A DNA stretch of 42,980 nt from Octopus bimaculoides (taxonomy: Eukaryota). The position numbers and the translations under genes are program-made. The DNA lies in contig NC_068988.1 of NCBI RefSeq assembly GCF_001194135.2, forward strand, positions 87,805,203 through 87,848,182, read 5' to 3'. The notes beneath the pieces were generated by a model that did no database searches, had not been told where the DNA came from, and saw only the letters and a program-made list of their open reading frames with translations. Shown here one piece after another: positions 12,641-24,344 of the stretch (within the stretch, counting starts at the first letter, position 1; each line of letters begins with the position of its first letter).

Positions 12641-12971
12641 ACATCATTGAATGGAGTACCATACTTAAATGTATGGGTTCCCTGCACCTTAGATCAATCT
12701 TATATGTATACACACGCTAGCCTCTGCGTATGTATGCCCTGAGAATGAATAGGTAAGTATAAATATTATATTTGTGTGTAACTATATTGTATTGTCTATT
12801 ATTATTCTTTTTATTTCATATCTGTAAATATATAGTCATAGCCGAAAGTTTGGAACATATTTAAAAAAATAGAAATTTTTATGCCCAAGTAAAATTCGAT
12901 TAAAATATAAAAATTCTAATTTTCAGATTTATGTTTCAAACTTTTGGACACGACTGATTATATTTTTAATA

Positions 12972-13310
12972 CATCCATCTATCCATCTTCTCCACCTGCT
13001 ATTCCTGGGAGGGTCATTGGGGTAGTGTCCCCAGACGCCTCCGGTTGGGTTTCCAAACATGATAACCTGAGACTATGGATATTATTCGACCGTTTCATTC
13101 TTGGTCTACCTATAGGTATCCTGCCTGTTTGCTCGGCTTGAAGAATCCATCTTGCAATTCTTTCCTGTGACATTCTAATCGCATGATCGTCGTACCGGAG
13201 AAATAACTGCTCGACTAGAAGAAGTTCCCTGATCTTCGAAGTATGCACCCTGCCAAATAACATTAGTCGAGATATCCTGCGAAGAAACCCCATTCCGGCC
13301 ACTTCAATTT
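12972..13310 (-). mobile_element. 5'-truncated RTE-clade (Expander-like) LINE 3' end
   Basis: Translation IEVAGMGFLRRISRL...IRELLLVEQLFLR...HAIRMSQER...GRIPIGRPR resembles the RTE ORF C-terminus. It ends in a GAAGATGGATAGATGGATG tail. Confidence 0.8.
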
Positions 13311-13600
13311 CAGCAAAAACCTAATGTTAAAGGATGTTTACTAGAAGCAAATAAGTCAAGTATACTTTGAGTCAGTTTACATTTACATGAATTGTCGAGA
13401 TTTTCTGGCAAAGATATATACATAAATATATATAAACAATCTCTTAAAAGATCTAAATATTCTGAAAATAAAAACTGTAAGTGGAACGGTGAAAATATTC
13501 AAGAATTTTCTAATATTCAGCATATAGCTTTTTAAAAAAATTATCCATATTCCAATGAAGGGGATTTTTATAAATCATATAAAAATAATACATATAAGCG

Positions 13601-13604
<4 letters not shown>

Positions 13605-13680
<76 letters not shown>
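13605..13680. repeat. (CA)n microsatellite
   Basis: Read directly. Confidence 0.97.
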
Positions 13681-13683
<3 letters not shown>

Positions 13684-13850
13684 CGCGAATATGCACAGAC
13701 TGTTTCATATACAGATATATAAACAAGTTAAAGAATTTACAAGCGGAAATATGTATAAAAGAAAGCTGAAAGCAGAAAAGAGAAAAAGAAATAGCATTGT
13801 ACAGACCAAGATCCGAACTTTTAAAATCAATATCGTTCATGTAGGAAAGT

Positions 13851-13884
13851 ACTTACCTGAAAAAGAAAGAAAAAAATAAAATGA
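13851..13884 (-). other. candidate recursive splice site (3' splice site fused to a 5' splice site)
   Basis: Minus strand reads CATTTTATTTTTTTCTTTCTTTTTCAG|GTAAGT, with the junction between 13857 and 13856. Motif only; no transcript evidence. Confidence 0.4.
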
Positions 13885-14146
13885 ATAAGTTGAAAACTGT
13901 GACGTGTTTGTTAATGGTATATATTACATCACATATGCACATACACATATATACGAACATTGAGTTATGTCGGACGAATGGGAGAGGAGTTCTCAATACA
14001 TGTACAGGAAGATATGATGTTTTTTTTATTATTTAAAATGAGAATGTGTCTCACGACACGAGTTTCATTTTCAACAGAAAAACCAAAAAGCTCATATGCA
14101 TAAGAACAATAAGATGCACGGGATAGTGCACACTTACACACACACA

Positions 14147-14370
14147 CGAGGGGTGGGTGCTGGAAAGTTCTTAGATTTGGGTAAAAGAAAATAGTGGAAG
14201 ATCAGTTAATTATGGTTGTATTCAACTTATTCCTCTCCCAGATACATACACGTATTGCAGCGGTCCTTCAGTTATACTAAGCCCTGTAAAAGAACACGGA
14301 AGGTTGGGGCTCCAGCCAGACCTCTCGTGATACCCTTAAAGCTAGGAAGTTTTCAGCACTCCCTCCCTCG
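14147..14370. mobile_element. Tc1/mariner-type MITE, about 225 bp
   Basis: Imperfect TIRs CGAGGGGTGGGTGCTGGAAAGTTCTTAG and CTAGGAAGTTTTCAGCACTCCCTCCCTCG; no coding capacity; TA TSD not preserved. Confidence 0.6.
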
Positions 14371-14373
14371 CGC

Positions 14374-14409
<36 letters not shown>

Positions 14410-14967
14410 GTACATTCAGTATACACCCAGGATTATATATAATTCATACATTGGTTTATGTCAGGCAAATGGGATAGGAATACTCAATATATATTGTAGA
14501 CGATGTTTTTTTCTATTGCTACTAAAACAGAGTTTATACCACGATGAATTTCACGCCACTGCGATCTTCAAGCGGGAACCTGAAGGTCGCAGTGTCATGA
14601 GACTCGAATGATCAAACTGGAATGATCAAAAAAGGAACTGAAAATTATTTAAGAATGATCCCTCGATAACCGTCCATGGAGGAAGTGCAAAAGATTGTCG
14701 AAACTGGTACGACACACATATCGAGAAGAGCATTGTCACTGTGAATTTTCTTTCCCTTTTGTCCTTTATTTTCTTTGTTTACTTTTATATTTTTATTTTT
14801 TCCTTTTTCTCTCTGTCTTTCTTCCTCCTTTTCTCTGTCACGTTACTTTGTAAATGAACAATCTAGTGTGTTTAATTTAATGGCCTACAAATGTATACAG
14901 TGCATTTCTCTGCCCAAGGTGTCAGAAAAGGAAACAAAAGGAAACAAATTTGAAAGAAGAAGAAGAA

Positions 14968-15000
<33 letters not shown>

Positions 15001-15002
15001 AA

Positions 15003-15369
15003 CAAATTGATGTATCAATACCAGCAGATGACAACGTTTCTCTAAAAGAAATGGAAAAACTTTCAAAATACAAAGACCTGGAAATAGAGATAACTCGAAT
15101 GTGGAATCTAAAAACAGAAACAATTCCTATCATAGTAGGTGCCTTAGGTATAATAAAAAAATATTCAGACAAATACATAATGAAAACACAAGGACTTACA
15201 AATATATATAACATACAGAAAATTGCACTACTGGGTACTGCACACATCCTACGCAAAACACTTTCAATACAGTAAACATAAGAGCACCACAGCAAACCAC
15301 AGCACATACCCAAGGCGCACAGAGCTGCGCTCGGTAGTGAAGTGAAAGCACGTTATAAAAATAAAACTA

Positions 15370-15373
<4 letters not shown>
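15003..15373 (+). mobile_element. 5'-truncated R4/Dong-like non-LTR retrotransposon: restriction-like endonuclease C-terminus plus 3' UTR
   Basis: Open frame 15003-15275 reads QIDVSIPADDNVSLKEMEKLSKYKDLEIEITRMWNLKTETIPIIVGALG...GTAHILRKTL, the RLE-domain signature. It is followed by an (AAT)n tract at 15374-15439. Confidence 0.8.
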
Positions 15374-15443
<70 letters not shown>

Positions 15444-15664
15444 TTAACGGAACCCATAACAAAACCAAACAAAAGAGAAAGAACGGCGGACGGATAATCA
15501 TAAATACTATAAAATAGTACACACACACACACACAGAGTACTATGCAACATCCCTCCAAAAACAAACATGAAGAAATTCATACTTTAAATACCCAACAAA
15601 ATGAACAAAACCCACAATATGTGCCATAGAAGGCCGGACCATTACTTAGATACTCAGCAGCTTT

Positions 15665-15735
15665 GATATGACACGCAGTGGGATTGATCCCGGAGCCATG
15701 TGGTTGGGAAGCAAGGTTCTTACCACACCTGCGCA
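15665..15735 (-). mobile_element. SINE family A head fragment
   Basis: CACGCAGTGGGATTGATCCCGGAGCCATGTGGTTGGGAAGCAAGGTTCTTACCACAC. Confidence 0.7.
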
Positions 15736-16864
15736 TATATATATATATATATAGCTGATCTCACTTGCCATTTGGTAATTGTGTTACATCATCTAGAGGC
15801 GGAGGTAATTTTAATAAATCAAGACTTTCTATTGTATGGAATTTGATATACCTGTATTTCTCTACATGCACGCGCGCACACACACTCACACATGCAATGC
15901 TAACACAGGATGTTATAGAGTGTATATGTATGTGTACACATATACACACACACCTATCGAAAGAATTTGTAGGAACATATTAGTTGGCTGCCATCTCTGA
16001 AACGACTTAAGATGCCACAACTACAAGAATTAATACTTATTAATACTTATAATTATTACTTGACTAATTTCATTTCATAGCGTAGCGTATTTTCGATCTT
16101 GCGATTGCGCCCAGCAAACTGCAGAATAGGAACAATAATAGAATACATAAAACACATAGCTGTGAAAGCATTTGTACATGGAAAATTCTAAGGTGGAGCT
16201 ACGGAAAATAAGACAAATAAAAGAAGAGGAAAGAAAAACTCCATATAAGGCAATTTTACGTCAGTAATGTTAAGGTTCCAACAAGCAATATTTCAAAAAA
16301 TATGGCGATATTTAAAGAAAAGAAAAACCTTACCCCGATCATCTTACTTTCATCTAACCACCATCTTTTTTGATTTTGTAAGGGATTATTTTATTTTACC
16401 TCCCATTTTATCGATATCCTACTTTATCGATTTTTAGACAATTTGCTTTGTTGTAAGCCTATGTTTACCTTCTCCATTTACTTTCTTTACTTATTCTTAC
16501 CTATTAATAATTACATTTTATGCTTCTGTCATTGACTAATATTTTTATACTATGGTCCTTTCATAAAGCTTCAATATCCCCTTTTCTTGAATATTTAACT
16601 CTTTTATGCCATTCTTCTCTTTTCAATTTCCTGTTTTTATTCACTTTCTGCTTCTTCATTATCCCTAACTTTCTTAACATTCATAATCCATTCCCTTAGC
16701 TTCTTTCATTTTTATTCTGATTTCATCTTTATTTTACAATAACCCTAAACTGCCAATATTAATTTTTAAAATTCTCTCTCCCTCCCTGTTTCTCTTTATA
16801 ACACACATATACGAACATAAACACGCACGCCCCCCATCATCATCATCATCATTATTGTTAAATC

Positions 16865-17573
<709 letters not shown>

Positions 17574-17709
17574 TTATGCTTCACTTTTGCTTTGCATTTG
17601 TACAAGTTGGATCCAAGTCTCACCCAGAGACCTCAAGAGACAACAAGTTAGAAGTTCATGTAGGTGTTATGCCTAGGGTACCATATATTTGGATTTGTAC
17701 ATAGTGTTG

Positions 17710-17711
<2 letters not shown>

Positions 17712-17788
<77 letters not shown>
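17712..17788. repeat. (ATT)n-(GTT)n compound microsatellite
   Basis: Read directly. Confidence 0.95.
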
Positions 17789-17832
17789 GCCTATCCTTTA
17801 TATGTCATCATCTTCGGTTTCCTTTTGTAACC

Positions 17833-18187
17833 TGGGTAGATAGAGTTTGGATGTTGAGTGTGCCTCTAGGCTTCATCAGAGGGTCTAAATGGTTAGGAGA
17901 GCCAATACATATAAGAGTCAGTTACTAATAGGTACTGTATATTTTTCTTATTAAAGAATGTTTAAGAAGAATAGGAGCAAGCTTTAGAGTGTGAGAGGAA
18001 TACAACTTAGTAAAATGGATTAGGTATAGGAAAGGGAAATAAGTCATAGACTTCAAGTGTTGCCTTCCAAAATTCATGTTATTTTGTCCAGTGGTGGAAA
18101 GGCAGGTATATGTATCGGCTTTCCTAACCATTTAGACCCTCTGATGAAGCCTGGAGGCACACTCAACATCCAGACTCTATCTACCCA
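17833..18187. repeat. inverted repeat with 81-bp arms and a spacer of about 193 bp
   Basis: 17833-17913 is the reverse complement of 18107-18187 with 4 mismatches. Confidence 0.95.
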
Positions 18188-18580
18188 TCCCTACAGAACA
18201 CTGAAGAGATGGAGCTAGCATGGAGGATACCGTGGCCTCTTGGCAGAAACGGCCGTAAGGAACTGAACTTTTAATCGTTTACTCTTTCATGCATTACTAT
18301 TATTACTATTACTAGTGTATATATTTGTGTATCACACAGTATTTGCATGTGTATATATTCTTATAATACTCCCTTTTGTTTTGGATTAAATAAACATAAA
18401 TAGAATGTCTACCGGCTGATGTATGTCATTTTTTGTATCCTCTCCATTTTCATTTTGTCGTGTATATATATATATAAATATATAGGGCAGGGAATCGTCA
18501 ATTAGTAATAAAATTAATAATTAACAATTTTGCCGGGTAGCTCAGTATGAAAAAACCTTATCGGTAAAACCATTTATAAT

Positions 18581-18827
18581 CATAAATATATAGGGATTAG
18601 CAGTAGCCTGCTTCTCCAACAACTGAGAATTCAGAAATAGCAGCCAAAGAACTACTGATTCAAAAACTACAAATTTTTCTCTAATTGATAGCGATATCTA
18701 TGGTACACATCTATCGCTATCAATTAGAGAAAAATTTGTAGTTTTGGAATCAGTAGTTCTTTGGCTGCTATTTCTGAATTCTCAGTTGTTGGAGAAGCAG
18801 GCTACTGCTAATCCCTATATATTTATG
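18581..18827. repeat. near-perfect fold-back with 116-bp arms and a 15-nt loop
   Basis: 18581-18696 versus 18712-18827 with one mismatch; loop TCTATGGTACACATC. Confidence 0.97.
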
Positions 18828-19034
18828 TATAAATATATATATATATATATTAGTGATGTATTGAATCATCGTCTTTATACCAAACTCTACTCGACGTTTC
18901 GGGTTTTCTTTGTGTTTGCGCTATGTCGAGTCACACTTCTTTATTTTAAAAGGGTAACTTAGCGACTTGAGAAATCAACGGGTAATCAATAAATGAGACG
19001 TCAAAACCGAAATAATTACTGGGGCCAACATCTT

Positions 19035-19250
19035 TTATATTTTATTTGCCTCAGTAATTGGACTGCGGCTATGTTGGGGGCACACACTTTAGTCAAACAA
19101 ATTGACCCCGATGCTTTTTTTTTCGAAGTATGACACTTATTTTATCGGTTTATTTAGCTGAGCCGCTAAGTTAAAGGGATGTAAACAGAGCAAGACTGGT
19201 TGTCAAGCGATGTGAAGGGACAACCACAGGCACACAAACACATTTACTTA
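19035..19250 (-). mobile_element. diverged SINE family A 3' half
   Basis: CTTTAGTCAAACAAATTGACCCC...CCGCTAAGTTAAAGGGATGTAAAC...GGTTGTCAAGCGATG. A degraded head follows the (TATC)n tract at about 19390-19470. Confidence 0.65.
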
Positions 19251-19259
19251 CACACACTG

Positions 19260-19306
<47 letters not shown>

Positions 19307-19311
19307 CCTAC

Positions 19312-19364
<53 letters not shown>

Positions 19365-20109
19365 ACATTTCCGCCTAATGAATTCAATCACAAGAAAATC
19401 CAAAACATAGAAGGAACTGCACAGTGGGACTGAACTTGAAACCATATTGTTGTAAAACGAACTTCTGAACCATAATCGTGATAACCCATCAGCCACACCC
19501 GCGTCCCCAAAATGGTGCCGGTGCTCCAGTTGGGCACCGTCCAATGACTATCGTTGGTGAACAGAATAAAAGAGTATTTTCATTCAAACGATATTTATTT
19601 CTGTTGATATTCAGCTCGAGATCTAGATTCTAAACAGGGACAAGGCAGCAGGGGCAAACGTAGGTTCTTCTCTCCTTCTTTCACTCGCTCACACACACAC
19701 ACACACACACACATACACACACACACACACACACANNNNNNNNNNAATATAAAACCACCTTAAAATAGTATTGTACAGCAGAAAACAAATTCCATTTTTC
19801 TAAAATTGTAAAAAGTCGATCGAAAAATGGTGATTCCTTGATTAATTCTTAGTTGTGATTGTGATTTCAGAGAATGGATTTGACTTAATTTCCTGGCTTG
19901 CCATTCCATCAACTCCCCCCTTCCTTATGTGAACGATTATTATTATTATCGTTATTATTATTATTCTCAAATTGTTCTCTGTCCTTGTGATGTCCCCATC
20001 ATCTATGCCCTTGTGGCGAATAAAAGAAATCCTCCTCCTCCTCATCATCATCATCGTCGTCATCCTCATTATTATCATCATCACCAGTTTCATTTTTTTT
20101 GAGCTTAAT

Positions 20110-20233
20110 ATTCCGAGTTCAAACTCCGCCGTGTTCGAGTTCGACTTCGCCTCTCATCCTTTCGTGAGTAGATAAAATAAGTACCAGTTGAGCACTGGGG
20201 GTGGGGTGGGGGTCAATGTAATCAACTACCCCC
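20110..20233 (+). mobile_element. SINE family B fragment running into a gap
   Basis: GAGTTCAAACTCCGCC...GCCTCTCATCCTTTCG...GATAAAATAAGTACCAG. Confidence 0.7.
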
Positions 20234-21085
20234 NNNNNNNNNNNNNNNNNNNNNNNNNNNNNNNNNNNNNNNNNNNNNNNNNNNNNNNNNNNNNNNNNNN
20301 NNNNNNNNNNNNNNNNNNNNNNNNNNNNNNNNNNNNNNNNNNNNNNNNNNNNNNNNNNNNNNNNNNNNNNNNNNNNNNNNNNNNNNNNNNNNNNNNNNNN
20401 NNNNNNNNNNNNNNNNNNNNNNNNNNNNNNNNNNNNNNNNNNNNNNNNNNNNNNNNNNNNNNNNNNNNNNNNNNNNNNNNNNNNNNNNNNNNNNNNNNNN
20501 NNNNNNNNNNNNNNNNNNNNNNNNNNNNNNNNNNNNNNNNNNNNNNNNNNNNNNNNNNNNNNNNNNNNNNNNNNNNNNNNNNNNNNNNNNNNNNNNNNNN
20601 NNNNNNNNNNNNNNNNNNNNNNNNNNNNNNNNNNNNNNNNNNNNNNNNNNNNNNNNNNNNNNNNNNNNNNNNNNNNNNNNNNNNNNNNNNNNNNNNNNNN
20701 NNNNNNNNNNNNNNNNNNNNNNNNNNNNNNNNNNNNNNNNNNNNNNNNNNNNNNNNNNNNNNNNNNNNNNNNNNNNNNNNNNNNNNNNNNNNNNNNNNNN
20801 NNNNNNNNNNNNNNNNNNNNNNNNNNNNNNNNNNNNNNNNNNNNNNNNNNNNNNNNNNNNNNNNNNNNNNNNNNNNNNNNNNNNNNNNNNNNNNNNNNNN
20901 NNNNNNNNNNNNNNNNNNNNNNNNNNNNNNNNNNNNNNNNNNNNNNNNNNNNNNNNNNNNNNNNNNNNNNNNNNNNNNNNNNNNNNNNNNNNNNNNNNNN
21001 NNNNNNNNNNNNNNNNNNNNNNNNNNNNNNNNNNNNNNNNNNNNNNNNNNNNNNNNNNNNNNNNNNNNNNNNNNNNNNNNNNNNN
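20234..21085. other. assembly gap
   Basis: Run of N. Confidence 1.
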
Positions 21086-21159
21086 AATTTGCTCTAACCC
21101 TAACTCTAACCCTAACCCTAACCCTAGGGTTAGGGTTAGGGTTAGGGTTAAAGCAAATT
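21086..21159. repeat. palindromic telomere-motif cassette (TAACCC)5-TA-(GGGTTA)4 with inverted flanks
   Basis: AATTTGCTC-TAACCC...CCTAGG...GGGTTA-AAGCAAATT; one of the five left units is the variant TAACTC. Confidence 0.9.
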
Positions 21160-21692
21160 TAAAATGAAAAAAGCAAATAAAACGAAGGTATGGAGATTAA
21201 ATACGCTTTACATCGCTTAATCAGCCAAGGACAAAATGTAAACAACTGAATGCTTGTCAGTGATTGGTTGAAATTATCGAAATAAGACAATTTTTTACAT
21301 GAAATAAATTCGAATACAAAAATATTTTTCTGTTCTATAACACAAAATAAATAAGTATACGAAGTTTGAAAGTCTTTCGATACCAAAAACACTACGTAAA
21401 ACATTAATGAAAAATGTGGCCCCCGTTTTAAAAAAGATCCCTTTCCTCTTTAATAGAACCCTCACTGACTTTTTCGAGTTCCATTTTAAAAAGGTGCGGT
21501 AGGTATGAGAGGCCAGACGCGGCCGTTTTGAATATAAAACAGGTTGAAGTATTTGGGCCTGAAATGGCCAGTTTAAATACTATGTCGGTGAACTACAGTT
21601 GGAGAAGGCACCAGCTCTTGGGTTTCAGGGAGATTTTGGATCTGCGGGGTTTTCTCGATTGGCTCAAGAAATCCTCCTACATCACCATCATT

Positions 21693-21820
21693 ACTATAAG
21701 TAACTGGGATTACAATAAGCCCCTGGATGGGACGCCGGTCTGTAGCAGGGTTGACTTCCCAGCTATTGCTGGTATTCATTTACAGCTGAGTGGACTGAAG
21801 CAAGGTGAAATGTAATGTTT
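21693..21820 (-). mobile_element. V-domain-like SINE body fragment
   Basis: Minus strand CAGTCCACTCAGCTGTAAATGAATACCAGC...CCCTGCTACAGACCGGCGTCCCATCCAGGGG resembles the V-SINE central region as recalled; not verified. Confidence 0.5.
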
Positions 21821-22064
21821 TGGGATCTCTGTTTGCCTGCCACTTTTCAATTTCTTCAATTTTTGTTTTATTTGGTTTCATATTTAGCGTATTAGAAGAA
21901 AAACTGAAGAAATTGAAAAGTGGTTGCGCCTGTGGAAATTTTAAAATTTGGTTTATTTAAAATTTGCACAGGTGCAGCCAAACAGAAAAAGATCTGTATT
22001 TTGCTCAAGAATACAACGCACCGACCGGTACAGGAATCGAAACTGTGATCTTACTAAACAACCA

Positions 22065-22272
22065 GCACTACTACAATACCACAACAATACAGCCACCGAC
22101 ACCACAACAAATGTAACCACCACAACACCACTACCGCCCACACTACAGTACAACAACAAAACCAACAACCCCCACACTACATCACAATATCACCACTACA
22201 ACACAACTGCCAACACACATCTCTACTTTTGTAGCAGCATCACAAGGCTACAACACCCACTACCACCACCAC
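22065..22272. repeat. degenerate (CAC/CAA/CTA)n low-complexity tract
   Basis: Read directly. Confidence 0.85.
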
Positions 22273-22992
22273 NNNNNNNNNNNNNNNNNNNNNNNNNNNN
22301 NNNNNNNNNNNNNNNNNNNNNNNNNNNNNNNNNNNNNNNNNNNNNNNNNNNNNNNNNNNNNNNNNNNNNNNNNNNNNNNNNNNNNNNNNNNNNNNNNNNN
22401 NNNNNNNNNNNNNNNNNNNNNNNNNNNNNNNNNNNNNNNNNNNNNNNNNNNNNNNNNNNNNNNNNNNNNNNNNNNNNNNNNNNNNNNNNNNNNNNNNNNN
22501 NNNNNNNNNNNNNNNNNNNNNNNNNNNNNNNNNNNNNNNNNNNNNNNNNNNNNNNNNNNNNNNNNNNNNNNNNNNNNNNNNNNNNNNNNNNNNNNNNNNN
22601 NNNNNNNNNNNNNNNNNNNNNNNNNNNNNNNNNNNNNNNNNNNNNNNNNNNNNNNNNNNNNNNNNNNNNNNNNNNNNNNNNNNNNNNNNNNNNNNNNNNN
22701 NNNNNNNNNNNNNNNNNNNNNNNNNNNNNNNNNNNNNNNNNNNNNNNNNNNNNNNNNNNNNNNNNNNNNNNNNNNNNNNNNNNNNNNNNNNNNNNNNNNN
22801 NNNNNNNNNNNNNNNNNNNNNNNNNNNNNNNNNNNNNNNNNNNNNNNNNNNNNNNNNNNNNNNNNNNNNNNNNNNNNNNNNNNNNNNNNNNNNNNNNNNN
22901 NNNNNNNNNNNNNNNNNNNNNNNNNNNNNNNNNNNNNNNNNNNNNNNNNNNNNNNNNNNNNNNNNNNNNNNNNNNNNNNNNNNNNNNNNNNN
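22273..22992. other. assembly gap
   Basis: Run of N. Confidence 1.
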
Positions 22993-23037
<45 letters not shown>

Positions 23038-23044
23038 CACATAT

Positions 23045-23179
23045 ATACGACGGGCTTCTTTCAGTTTCCGTCTACCAAATCCACTCACAAGGTTTTGGTC
23101 GGCCCGAGGCTATAGTAGAAGGCACTTGCCCAAGGTGCCACGCAGTGGGACTGAACCCGGAACCATGTGGTTGGTAAGC
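23045..23179 (-). mobile_element. SINE family A 5' half, well preserved
   Basis: CGACGGGCTTCTTTCAGTTTCCGTCTACC...GGGACTGAACCCGGAACCATGTGGTTGG; B-box-like GGGTTCAGTCCC on the minus strand. Confidence 0.9.
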
Positions 23180-23454
23180 ATGATTAAATGTATATTCCAA
23201 TTGTCGCCATCTCGTTGAAATGATGTGATGGTCACGGTTAGAATCTATGTCGACGGTTATCTAATGCATGTTGCGATTTGGGGGAAGACTCGGCTGCTAT
23301 TTCTAGTACGTCGGGCTCCGGCATTAGCAGTGGTCCTCAACTGGGGTTCATATACAACCCTTAGAGCTCTATATAAGAATTTTTTTTTCAATGTATTCCT
23401 TTATTCCTTTCAATCATCCGAACGCGGCTTTGCTGGGGCATCATCTTAAAGAAT

Positions 23455-23785
23455 TTTTAAGTCGATCGAATCAAACCCAGTGCTTATCTATTTGTTTAAA
23501 ACATGGTACTTACTCTATCGACTTCTTATGCTGAACTGCTAGATTACGGGGACGTAAACACACGAACAGCGGTTGTCAAGCGGTGGTGGAGGACAAACAC
23601 AGGCACAAAGACACAACACGCGTAGATATATATATATATTCTTTTTTTCTTTTATTCTTTTATTTGTTTTAGTCATTTGACAGCGGCCATGCTGGAGCAC
23701 CGCCTTTAGTCGAAGAAATCAACCCCAGGACTTATTCTTTGCAAGCCTAGTACTTATTCTGTCGGTCTCTTTTGCCGAACTGCTG
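23455..23785 (-). mobile_element. two adjacent SINE family A 3' segments joined at a (TA)n tract
   Basis: 23455-23620 is a diverged body; 23640-23785 is a younger tail that begins right after TATATA. Confidence 0.75.
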
Positions 23786-24344
23786 TTGAATGCTCGAAAT
23801 GAGGAGTAGATAGACGGTCGACAACTGATGAAAGGTCGTTCTCTGTTACTTGTCCCGTCTTCCACTTTTTCTCTCGATGTTTGCGTATTTAGCACGTTTA
23901 TTTTCGTACTTCATGTTGTTTACACAGTTGGTGATGTCCTGTACCCATATATGTATATATACATACATGTGTGTGTGCGAGTGTGTGTGTATGTGTATGC
24001 ATATATATATATATATTACACACACACACACACATATATATATGTATAAGTATATATATGTATATATGTATATATGCAATTATGCGGATAAACAAATTAG
24101 ATATATTAACTATTTTGTATTTCATACCTGAACTGTTAATCTAATATATCTAATTTGTTTATTCGCGTAATTGCCTCCAAATCTGGTCAACTTGATCCCT
24201 TTTCTTATAGCCATTTTTTCACCACGTTGAACTGATCCCCTGTAAAGACACCGGAGTCTATGTTCGAATCATTTAAGCATTACTCAGTGTCTTCTATACT
24301 AAGCATCTCTGGATCTCATTTGTTAACTATATATATATATATGT

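Noticed and set aside
21086-21159. Telomere-telomere fusion scar
   Set aside because: The orientation is (CCCTAA)n then (TTAGGG)n, the reverse of a fusion junction, and the flanks are also symmetric.
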